DNA of 33,761 nt, taken from NCBI GenBank assembly GCA_013115125.1, contig JABANN010000383.1:1-33761 (forward strand), read 5' to 3'. A program made the translations under genes and the position numbers. The stretch comes from Perkinsus olseni. Its lineage: Eukaryota. Positions 23,201 through 33,761 of the stretch are shown here, in pieces (positions within the stretch are counted from its first letter, which is position 1; each line of letters opens with the position of its first letter). Under the pieces are notes generated by a model that saw only the letters and a list, made by a program, of their open reading frames with translations, ran no database searches and had not been told where the DNA came from.

Positions 23201-24045
23201 AAGTCTTGTCTCGTTGTTATGGTTTTGACTTAACCCTAGTGGTCTCTCTCTTCAACCTCCTGTGTGATTCAAGTCTGGCTCATCGAGCTGATTATTCGAA
23301 CGTCTATTTCTTGGTTCGTGGGTATTGAGGTCAATAACATCCCTAAGATACGTTCAACAATTCTTCAGCGTGCGCGTTCAGGTGCAATTCAGCCGGACTT
23401 CAGAGGTCGGAGAGTCGTCGCGTTCCATAATCAACGAGACTTCGTATTTTTCCGCCATTACCGGTAGTATGGGGTAATTTCGTTGCGGGCGGTCGTAATA
23501 TAGGGTTGCTCATCTTTCCGGGGGTTATCTCCGTCACCGGGTAGTTTGTGAAGTATAGCCATGTCGTGCTTCTCGCTAACTTTGTAATAGCCCATGAGTT
23601 GGGGTGAGAACTCCGATTATCTCCGTTCAATGGTTGTTGAACTCCGAAAGGTCTCGCCCACCAGGTACGTCTTCCGAGATCTTGAGAATGCCGAGAAGGA
23701 TGATAGATGTGCCCTGCAGGAGATAGGCCCCCGATTTACTCTCAAACTGCGGTCACTACAGCTTGGGCTCTTCGCCAAACGTAATCGGGCTGGATTGGAT
23801 CAGATCATAACCATCGTGGCGTCGTTTGAACGGCGTTTATGGGAGTCTTTTTCGAATGGCCTTGAGGAGCGTTAATGATGTTGTTTATATAATACATCAA
23901 AGGCCTATTATGAAGGTTAGGCGTGGCAATAGAGTACAGTCGTTGAATAGGGGTTCTCATCTCCATGTTGTGGGTAGGTACGGGTGAGTATGAGTATGTA
24001 TGGAGGCCCGACTCTCAAGTTAGCAGGAAGGTCTTTGCTCTCTAG
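20249..24045 (+). CDS. RPF1: Brix-domain ribosome production factor 1 (RPF1), multi-exon
   Basis: NKWKRQE, TIEMMRE, EPKIMFTT, SLPEGPT, PELLLNGFGTRLGHRVGR, FHNQRDFVFFRHYRY, LQEIGPRFTLKL and GEYEY. Exon 1 (20249-20318) joins in phase across a 1059-nt intron; this join is less certain. Confidence 0.9.
22228..22257 (-). pseudogene. tRNA 3'-half (B-box) remnant, antisense in RPF1 intron 22214-22291
   Basis: The minus strand reads AGATC CCAAG TTCGATC CCTGG GCAGTGC A: variable loop, T arm, acceptor 3' strand and discriminator. Confidence 0.65.
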
Positions 24046-24432
24046 CTCCCCAATCACATTACCAACGTCTCTTCGTCCGTCTCCAATGGTGCTGAGTTCT
24101 AGTGGTTACTACTATCTGACAGACCTCACTGCACCGATCCTCCGCTGGTCTTTCGTGCTGAATCGCTCCGTCACGTATGCCATGAAGTGCCATACTTGAG
24201 GTATTCTAACGATGGGACTTAAAGAGTCCCATGCTGTTCGGCGGGAGTTGGTTAACTACTTGTTCACAGTCCTCACTACCGCCCATTCTGAAGAGGCCGT
24301 TAACAATATCCCAATACCACTAACAACGCGAACTACTCGTTATGAACAACAAAGGGCATGAGCACAGTGACACATGTCGTTGAATAGTACTAGTGATCAA
24401 TGGGGATCTGAGACTAGCTGCAATCATCACGG

Positions 24433-27400
24433 TTACCACACCCCAGCGACTGCACCTTTGAGGTCTCCCGTCTCCGGATAACCGTTGTATACAGGCCGCG
24501 CTCGTTCAGTCGTGCCTGTAGGGCCGCTGGGCACCGCTACATCCGAATTGGCTTACTCATAGGGTACGGTCGTTTCGGAAGAATTCCTGTGGTTTTGAGC
24601 TCTTCGACCAGCAGAGAACTCTGGGGGAAGGCAGCGCCATTGGGGGAATCGCCGAGAGCACGGGTCAAGGTCGGATGCCTGCAGCGGGCGTTGCTGATGC
24701 GGTCCATCTGTACGACCACTCACCCTAGGCCGAGCGAAGGCGGCATGCCGTACCCCTGTCGACCGAATCCGGCGCTAAGCAGTCCAGACACTTTATCGCC
24801 GGGGAGCTGACCGGCACAAAATGACAGGAATTTTGTGGCGGAGCGGTCTCCCTTACCAGGACCTGGTCTCTGGCCTGCTTTATCATGTGCCTCGGATCCG
24901 CCAACTCGATCTCTCTATGGCGGAGTGTCTGAGGAGGTCATCAGTCACCAGGGGCAACAGTGACTAGAGCGGGAGACCTGCTGCATGGCCTCCATCTTGT
25001 TGGCCATCTCCAGTAGCTTTGCCTGCATCGTCTGATTGTCTCTGAGCAGCACGCATGCACACCCCTCGAGTACCGGTCGCCTTACTTCGCCAGCATTTGG
25101 TTATCATTAGCCAACTGTGATGTTTTATTGTGGTGATATCTCATCTCCAACATGAGATGCTTCACATCCTGCTGTGCATTCAATAGGGCCTCCTGAGAAG
25201 AGTGCGACGCTTCCCGACAGTTCACGACAGCGAAGCCTGCCGGATGGCTACCTGCAGATCCTTCACTTGTTTATTAGCCCTCCCGCTGGCCACCAAAGCT
25301 GCATGACCTGAACACAGTCATCGCCCATGACCGCAGCCCCACTCCTACTACCTGCTTTCCCCCCGGCGGCGGGCCCTCGAGCAGCAGCCTCGTTCTGCAA
25401 CTTGATGATCTCGTTGTTGAGCTCATGTATGATGTTATTCTGTTGCTTCATTACCTGCCCCTCACTACAGAAAGACTCCACCAGCCATCCTTACCGCTGC
25501 AGCGTTGTTGAGAGGACGATCAGCCACCGCCGACTTGTACATGTCGGCTTCGGCCTGCTTAGCCGCCAGCAGCCGCTTCAGCCCTTCCACGTCCGCAGCC
25601 TCCCCCTCCTTCGCGTTGCTCTTCGCCAATACTGTCGTGGTGGTAGACTTACGTTCCCTCTGTTTGAGTACGAAACCTGCGATCGGGCATGCCACGGTCA
25701 GCGAACCGGATCCCCCTGCTTCCCTATACCTTTTGTCTTTAGTCTGGTCATTTCCATTTTAGTGACTTCCAGTTCTCCCTGTAGACACCCTCGGCGGATC
25801 TCAGTATCGGTGAGGTCCTTCTGCAACTTCACTATCATCTGGGCCTCCTCGCCGCGGCTCTTCAACTGTTCCTCAAGTCGGGCCAGCTCCTGAGAAAAGA
25901 TACCACGTCGTCACACTCGTAACGTACGATGAGCTGCGAGACCTCTTCCTTAGCCAAGAGCGCCGTCTGCAACTGCTGTACTTGTAGCCCGAAGAGGCCC
26001 TGAGGTTCACCGCTGTTGGCCGCGGTGCCGCCAGTGACCGCCTCCAGGAGGTCCTCTGTGTCCGCCACGTAATCCTGGATGCGATGATGGAAGACTTCCT
26101 TCGAGCACGAACCTGATCCTCAGCGGCTAAGCCTCCCACCTGTATGAAATCTATCTCTTTCTGGAGAGTCTTCATGGTCTTAATCAGCGGATGCATACTA
26201 GCTTCCTCGGGTCCGCCCTCCTGGTGACCAGCCGCCTCCTCCTCATCATCATCGTCCTGGCCAAGACAAGAAGCATATTCACATGAAAGGTCTGATGCCG
26301 CACTTCCTTCCCTCCCTCCCCGTCAGCTTCAAGGTTGCCGCCATCTTCCTCAGCGGCCGCCGCCGCCGCCGCCGCCGCAGCAGCAGCGGCTTCCTCTTCG
26401 GCTATCCTCTTCTGCTCAACCTCGATCTCTCGCGCCAGGCCCGTGGCCATGACTATCGAGTTCACCACTTCCTCCATCGACGTGATCATCTCCTCCGCCT
26501 TCTCCCTGGAGGGCACCATATCGGTCTGGTCTCCAACATGGAAGCCAATCTGAATAACGACAACCACATAACACTCCGGCATCCTCTGGATCCCCCCTAC
26601 CTTGACGAGGTCTCTGAGGACTCTATGGGCCCTTCTAGCTTCCACGTTGGCCTCGGCCGCCTGAGAGTTCAGGTCCTTGATCTGTCCCTCAAGGTCACTC
26701 AGCTTGAGGAGTATCGGATGCCTAGCCGCCTCCTCAGGGACCTTCCCTCCTTCCTAAACCACTAGAGTGCTGATAGGTCAACCCACACCGATTCGAGCAC
26801 CTCCGCTGATTTGCCGAGAGCACCACTCTTGGCCTGCACCTCCAGGAGCTCAGCGGCCCGAGCCTCCTCTTCTTCTGCGTAGGATACTACCTCCATCAGA
26901 GTCTCGCAGATACCTAAACGAAGACAACTCAATACACTGGCACAGCCCCTCAGCGATGCTCGATCGGCAACGCATATTACGTTCCATAGGTTCCACCAAG
27001 CCAATGGCACTGTTGACATTGATGGTCCCCTTCCTTCTGAGCTGCTCCTGGATGAGGTCCGCCTGGGACGACACCTTCCGCTCGCCGCCATCTCCGCCGG
27101 CTGGTGATGTAGTAGGAGCAGTAACAGAGTTACTGTGTAAGATGCTGAGCTCTGCTTCCAGCTCTTGTATGCGTTCAAGCTGAGAGAACAACGCGCTGCC
27201 TCCAGGAATTGAACTTGGGACCTACCATGTCTCCAGAATCATCACCCATCGCACCACCGACTGTGAGCACGCCCAGCGCTTTCAAGTGGCACAGGTCCTG
27301 ATCGGCCCTCTCCTTGAACAGCCACGTCTGGAGAGTCTCCGAGTCTGATATCCTCAGCTCGCCTCTCTCTTGGAATGAGAACAGCCCCGATCCCTCATGC

Positions 27401-30400
27401 TCTCGCATAATCAGCTTGTAAGTCTCATCGCCGACATGCGGATGGGTGGGGACGCCTGTCTCAGCAAGCCACTCGGCGATCTGCACGCCCGGGCCGAAGA
27501 AGGCGTACTGCGGCGCCTTCGCTCGGCCGCCAATGACACCAGCGTAAGCGAGGCCGGTATTGACGCCTATCTTCAGTTTAAGAGTTTGTCCTGTACTACC
27601 GATCTTCAATTGTTCGGCTGAGAAAAAATACTGGAACCGAGAATCGAACTCGGGACCTACTGCGTGTTAGGCAGTCGTCATAACCAACTAGACCATTCCA
27701 GCGATGCTACGTAGACAAATTCACCCGACTAGTGAGCGCACGAGTACTCACCCTTCAACAACTTGCTGGCGAACCTCAGAGCCACCTCCGTGTGTTCATC
27801 GCTCGTCGACTCGTGGCCACATACGGCAAGGAAACGCTCTCCATTGGACAACACGGGATACATACCATTGTCTTTACATAACTGGTCGAAACTATTAGTC
27901 ATTTTATTCATCAACACCACCAACTGTGTGACCGGCACAGCCTGATAATCGAGATACTCCTTGCGCATCAGCCGCAAGGGCACAGCCTAACTCACCTGCG
28001 TGATGAGAGGGAACTGATGCACAACTGCCGATACGCAGCTGACACATTCCAACTTGTCGGCAATCATAGTGGCGCCTCCTCTCAAGCGATTGATGATGAA
28101 CTTGGGCATAACCCTGCCCATAACCTAACGCCAATGAGATGTCGATCCGAGTCAGCGTCTTGAGGTCGCTGGCACCTCGTAATTCACTTTCGCCTTGTTT
28201 TCATGCTGAACGTGATAACGGTTACGTATGAGAGCAAAGATATGGTCAATGATGATGGGAAGATTCTCGTCCGTGATGGGCTTGGTGTACACCGCTGTAG
28301 CACCTCGTCGAATGGCCTCTACGTGACTGGACGCCTCGGTTGACTTGGTTACCACTAAGATGGGCACCTGAGTCTAGATTTTCACAACCTCATGACCACT
28401 ACTACCAACAGACCGACTGAACAACATGGTGAAGGCCGAAGCACACTGGCCCCCCACCCAAGGCGACGAACTATGTACCGCCCACTGAACTGATCATTCG
28501 TCATCGAACAATCGACGAAGTGTCTCACAAGCAGAAAACGGAGAGCCATATAATGACGAGAATGAAGCGAGGCTCCGGTTGGAACCTCCGCAACGAGAGA
28601 GGTTCATATATACAAGTGGTTCGCCGAAGAATGCTTCGTGAAGTAAGCGGCCTACGATAACCCCTTAGAGACACATCCTCACCTCCGGCGGCTTCTCCCT
28701 TCTAAACTGGCTCAAGAACTCCAGCCCAGGCAGATTGCCGGGCAGCTCCGTCTCCATGATAACAATATCAGGCATTGGATGCATGTTGAAGTAATCCAGA
28801 GCCGCAAAGCCGTCAGCGACGGTATTGGTCTTGTAAGCTCGGTCCACCAGCATCGGCCGCAGGATGGTGGCCGTATCGTCGCAGTCATCAATCACTAACA
28901 CCTCCTTCACTGCGAGCTCGTTAATAGTATTCTGCAGATCTTCCTGATCGTCCCCTTCCCCCGCCAACCCTTCATCAGCCATAACCTACCAAGCACAGCA
29001 GCTCAGGTCAACAGTACCACAAGGGAATCGCACTACCATTTTTTGGGCTAACTCTTTCTTTTGGGCACGCTTCTTGCTCCTTGCCTCCACCACTTCACGA
29101 GCGTTGCACACTAGATCGATGAAGAACGTAGCTGAAAAACAGGCCACCACTGCAACGACAACGATCCTCCATAGTCCCCTAGCTCCTCAATTCAAACGGT
29201 TCGAATCAAACCAGAGCTAATTGTTCGCCATTCCCTGAGAATATGCGACAGGTTTCCGACAATCAGGAAACCTGACTCTGGAGTCTCGAATCGAGAAGAG
29301 CCCTTAGACTGAAGCCTCATGTGAAGGCGATTCCACCATGCGGAAGCACCGACATTCCGAAGATCCCCAACCTTACTCCCCCGTCCCGGCTCAGATTCAC
29401 ACCATAATCTCCCACCGTGGAGGTTAACAACTTCATTCGACACCGATAGACCCAGACCCAGGCCTTCGTATCTGAGGTTCACCCCACAATACTACACTGG
29501 TCATCACAGCCAGCACCGTCAAGAGCCATCGACTGATTGCATCATAAACTGCGCTGCACTGTAACGGCTAGAGAAGGCTAGCTCCACCACAGGCAAGCGA
29601 CAGCCTAGGCCCATCAGTAGTAAAGGGATCGCTCATAAGACAGGAAGGACACCACTATGCACTACAGGCAATACACTGCAGAGCGACGGGCAATCGCAGC
29701 TCATGCATTAGCGAGGCGGCTGGTCGGGGTGAGCACACGTTCACCTACTTTCGGTTCTCATGATCATCATCCTCCTGCTCGAACTCTGTGAATATTCGCT
29801 TCACATTCTGGTCGGCGATGCCAATACCGGTGTCCACTATTTTAACCAACACCTAGAATGCCACCAGTGGGAATCGAACCCGGGATCTACTGACACTCAC
29901 CCCTCTGGCCTTGCTCTTGGTCACCACCTTCACAGACCCCTTGGATGTGAACTTGCATGCATTATTGATCATGGCCGACAACACATAGTGGAGTCTGATA
30001 ACACCGCAAAGCGTCACTGCGCCACGAAATTCTAGCCTAATCTTCGCCGGTTCATCCTGCGCGAGTCACTAAGACGCCGACCTTCCCGCTAACAGAGCTG
30101 TCCCTATGTAGATGACAACCCACGCGTCTCTCGACTGTCTACGCAGTACACAGTAGCACGCTCGACTCCCCACCACCGTCCATGCCCCTCATAGACGATT
30201 TGCTACCAATCGAGGACCACCTCAATCAGGTTTTCACATTTCACAATTTTCTTTAGTGCTACCTTCCTTCACCGCAATCGAAATATCGATGGTGTATTCG
30301 ATGCATCCGGGCCTACCTCTCTCTATCGCCTTCAACTTCCGGACACGCTGGGTCCGGCAAGAAGCCCAAATCCACCTTATCCTTCTTGATCTTCCGGCCC

Positions 30401-31782
30401 CTCTTGTCCACGGCCTCCATCATCTCTCCGCACACTTGCTCGCAAATCTCGTTAACCTATGACAATTCTCGCGCGCCACGAAATTGGCGGAGTACACTCC
30501 TACATTAACCACGCCGAAATTCAACTGCATTTTCTTCGCCTTCAGCGCCGCAATGTCCATTATCTCATTCACCAATGCCAATAACCGGACCTGCTCCCCG
30601 CCAGGAAAAACTTCGCTCCGCTAAAATTCTCCATTTCATACAGCGCAATTATTGATGATATCCAAGTGTTTCTTCCTGCCCGGATTGGGCTCCGTCATCC
30701 TGAGGGACTCAGAGAGGCCAATGACCCCATTGAGGGGAGTCCCTGCAGCAGCAGCAGCAGCACTGGCAATGCGACAGGGGAGGGCGACCCTACTAAGTTC
30801 GTGATTGACGGTTGCCATGAAGCTGTCCTTCTTGTGTTCCAATTCACATATCTTAGTGCAGTCCCGGAGAATAGCGCAGAGCTTGTAGTCAGTAGGGTCA
30901 GAGTCGAAACTGCATCGTGAGGAACAGGGAATATTCAGCAGCGTCTTCCTTCCACTACTCTACAAATGATCGCGAGTCAGGGGCTGTACGGCCATACTGC
31001 GGGAGCAGGAGAGGTGGTGCTCCCAGCACGAGACAAAAACTACTACTGCACTCTTCACCACTAGGAAGCTCATTCCGCGCGTGAGAGCATGGCCTCCGCG
31101 AGTAAGGACGTCGTATTTTTGGCGGTGGGTCTCAGATGAGGACATAAAATTGGCGAACAAGGAAGGCAGTGTACCGTCAGGCCCGGGAATAGGGAGTTCG
31201 ATTCCGCAAACGAGGACCTCAATCCCATTCCGTAGATATGGACAGCAATTCCATGATTAACGAAAACGATTTCGTCGATGAGGACATCAATTTCAGGGAT
31301 GCGCCTAAGCACCGTGACCGCTTCTCACAGTATCGAGACAAATAACGAGCTCGGCGTGACCTGGCCGTCTTTGTGCTTAACTTCAACGTTCCTGCTTTCA
31401 TCCACGTTGATCTCTGAAGGGAACTTTCACCATACCACACTTTTCCGAACTCCTAGACTACTCGGGCGTCTGGTGGGATCCGTCGCCATCGCCTCATCTG
31501 CTTTCTTGACGAATTGTTGCAGCAACATATCATGCCCGACCGCCACTCTGTCCGGCATTAGCATCTTTATATCCCGACCTATCAGCTCCTCTGCTTTGAA
31601 CCTAAAGATACTCCTGTCGATGTTTTTGCATCGCTCCGCTAGAATTACCCCGTCCAGGTCTCGGATTGGCTGTTCCCATATAGGATCTTGCCTTGCCGGT
31701 CCGCTAGAATGACTAAGTCGTTTGAAACCTCAGCAAAGGAGTCGACGCCCCGCCAGAACGCATTATTCTGGCAGTCCACCAT
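24433..31782 (-). CDS. Hybrid sensor histidine kinase: PAS, HisKA, HATPase, pseudo-receiver, degenerate class III nucleotide cyclase, coiled-coil tail
   Basis: PAS ([14 protein letters not shown]...[10 protein letters not shown]...RDCT), H-box NHELRTPLNG, N-box NNACKFT, G1 DTGIGI, G2 GLGLGL, receiver (VLVIDD...PDIVIMET...YTKP), cyclase fold (KIGVNTG..AGVIG..PQYAFFG) and an E/Q/L-rich tail. Gene ends and single-gene continuity were inferred by manual splicing. Confidence 0.85.
27194..27223 (-). pseudogene. tRNA 3'-half (B-box) remnant filling most of the 46-nt intron 27180-27225
   Basis: Donor GT, then AGGTC CCAAG TTCAATT CCTGG AGGCAGC G, then CGTTGTTCTCTCAG. Confidence 0.65.
27623..27628 (-). 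terminator. Pol III terminator (T6) of tRNA-Val, overlapping the intron polypyrimidine tract
   Basis: Minus strand ...TTCCAGTA TTTTTT CTCAG|exon. Confidence 0.8.
27629..27702 (-). tRNA. tRNA-Val (anticodon AAC), intronic, sense to the host gene
   Basis: GCTGGAA TG GTCT AGTTGGTT ATGAC G ACTGC CT-AAC-AC GCAGT AGGTC CCGAG TTCGATT CTCGG TTCCAGT A forms a complete cloverleaf inside intron 27618-27751. Confidence 0.95.
29859..29888 (-). pseudogene. tRNA 3'-half (B-box) remnant inside the 48-nt intron 29853-29900
   Basis: AGATC CCGGG TTCGATT CCCAC TGGTGGC A. The stretch CAGTAGATCCCGGGTTCGATTCCC matches the neighbouring tRNA-Val at 21 of 24 positions. Confidence 0.65.
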
Positions 31783-33761
31783 GGAAAGAAAGATGGGGTA
31801 TCCGAGCTTGACGCGTGCGAGATACAAAAAAGGTTAGACTGCAAGCACTTGTGACTCCCTCGGAGCTTATGGCTCTCTCGTGAGGGTAATACCGAGAGTC
31901 AGTATCCACCTACGCACGCGCCCGTCCTTCTCGAATAGCCTGTCCCTAAGCGTAGCCTCGACACTGTGGCTCACGGCCTCTGTGAATAACGAAACTATCA
32001 GGCTGTCGCATCCCAGTGTGCTCAAGACAATAGTAAAGAGGAAACTATGGTCTCATGATGGAACCGCAGGCTCTTAAGGGCCTTCATCGCTCTCACGATG
32101 GGAAATATAAATTACAAGCTGTCATATTCCATCCCGACCTCGAACCAAGCCACGAGCCTGCGACGTTCCAAAGCGACTGCGCTTCTCGAGTTAACCGAGG
32201 TGGGCGCGTAGCTCATTCTCAGATAGCCAGCCTGCCTTCAGCACGACAACTCATCGATCGCTCATTTCCTGCCCCAGCATCAAAATCAGATACCTGCCGA
32301 ATACGTTAGCTGTGGCCTCTTCCTGTGTCTTATGTCCATCTCCTCCGATCCACCTTTCGACCATGATGTGAATCTGTGGACGTCCTCACACTTCGTCCCG
32401 GGTCTCCAATCAGTCGGGCAATGTTCTTCCTCGATTGCTCCTTATCGTACCAAAATCAGGTGGTCAAGCTAACAACGCTGAGACTTCAGAGTAATGCCTC
32501 TATCATTTTGGCCGAAATCTTTCAAGGAGGCCTCGTCCGAGCCCTCGACAGGGGCACGAGGGAGATCGTAAGTCCATAGTAAATGATCGTTGGATTTCAA
32601 ACCTAATCCTCTCCCTATACCCTTCATCAAGATATCACTTTGCATCGCGATGCTCTGCCCGATGCCATCGCTAAGTAGGACGCTTACACCGGTCTAGCAC
32701 AGCTGATTGAGTAGCGGGCGTGATCATGGACCATGATCGTAGAGTCGGCAGATGGTCTTCAGATCCTACCCACACCGCAAGAGCTCACCTCTTCCGTCAA
32801 CGGCTGCGTCTCAGAAGACGAGCGGCCGAGGTACTCTCCTCATCTGACCCCATCATTGCCCGCGAGGCGCTCGATGCCGACTCGACATTGTCGAGAAAAT
32901 ATCCGGAGAAAGGGAAGTTGAGGAATAAATATCAACGTTCAAGGGGAAGACCATCGGCTGATGAAACCAGTGTCAGAAAGTGTCCCGATCGACGCCCAGT
33001 ATTGCGCTGTAGGGACTCCCTCCTAGGGAGACACTACACGCGTGCTGAGCGTGCTGGTGCGTACGAATTCAGTTCGCTAGTAATACCGCTTGGGTTTAGG
33101 AGATTATATCTGATTGTTGACGAATTGGGCGCTACCCAACTCTCCTTGAGACTAATCATGGTCCTCGCCGCGGACGGCCCTGACAGTCCTCGCGCGGCAA
33201 CGGTGTTATCATTATGTGCCGATCGTCTTGTGCATACGTGCATAGCTCATACTCCCAGAAATGAACTTAAGAGAGACTTTGCACTCCTTCGCCTTGTGTT
33301 AACTACGGACAACAAACCATGACACAACCGACTCTATTTCAAGACTTTCATCTGTGCGGGCGGAGAGCCGCTGGGCCCCACGATAGAAGGAGGACTTGAC
33401 ACTTCACCGCCCTAAGGACAGCCGGCTCAATGTCAGACCTTCGGCCACCGAAAGTTTTGTGGGGCACTGAAAGGACTTCTTGGGTGCCGAAAGCATTTTA
33501 GGGCGCGCGAAAGTACCGGCACGAAGGAATTGCGGGCTGTTCAATAGACAAGCGCGAGTTCGTTCCCAGGAACGTTCTTGAAACGTGGGTTCCTGACTTG
33601 AAACGTTCTTGAGTTCCTGGCATTGTGTTCAATAAATACGTTCCTGGAAAGTTTCGGGAACGTGCCTGGGCATGAACTTCAGGCATGTTCATCTGGAGGT
33701 ATGGACGAAGTCACATACCGTCGGTGAAGCCGGCCGTGTGGGGACATTCGACACAAAGGGG

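Noticed and set aside
25327-27183. Long plus-strand ORFs (e.g. 25327-25893, 26283-26765)
   Set aside because: They are antisense shadows of the coiled-coil and poly-Ala exons of the kinase gene.
29198-29207. B-box-like GGTTCGAATC (also GAGTTCGATTCC near 31194-31205)
   Set aside because: Core motif only, with no convincing T stem or tRNA register. Such short matches are expected by chance.
32720-33322. 200-aa ORF
   Set aside because: No recognisable domain, Arg-rich shadow-like composition and no supported exon structure.
33540-33695. Degenerate GTTCC/GAACG-rich short repeats
   Set aside because: No definable unit or boundaries, and too near the window end to interpret.

Overview
Intron-rich eukaryotic protist DNA of roughly 50% GC, mostly with 40-60 nt GT-AG introns. 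It is probably a Perkinsus-like alveolate, inferred from gene structure only. Left to right: a minus-strand solo LTR; an intact cytochrome P450; a palindrome-rich spacer; a 3'-truncated LTR retrotransposon (5' LTR, PBS, gag start); a second, frameshifted P450 paralog; a 31-bp minisatellite across an assembly gap; clathrin heavy chain; tRNA-Glu(TTC); RPL23A (-) head-to-head with the Brix-domain gene RPF1 (+); and a large minus-strand hybrid sensor (PAS-HisKA-HATPase-receiver-class III cyclase-coiled coil) that hosts an intronic tRNA-Val(AAC). Three observations stand out. (1) Three short introns each carry a 30-nt tRNA 3'-half (B-box) in exact tRNA register. (2) The sensor has a FixL-like heme-PAS signature and intact kinase motifs, but a D->E pseudo-receiver and a cyclase lacking its catalytic residues. 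(3) The longer introns examined are packed with G-U-containing hairpins. Splice models were built by eye, so boundaries are approximate and need RNA confirmation.
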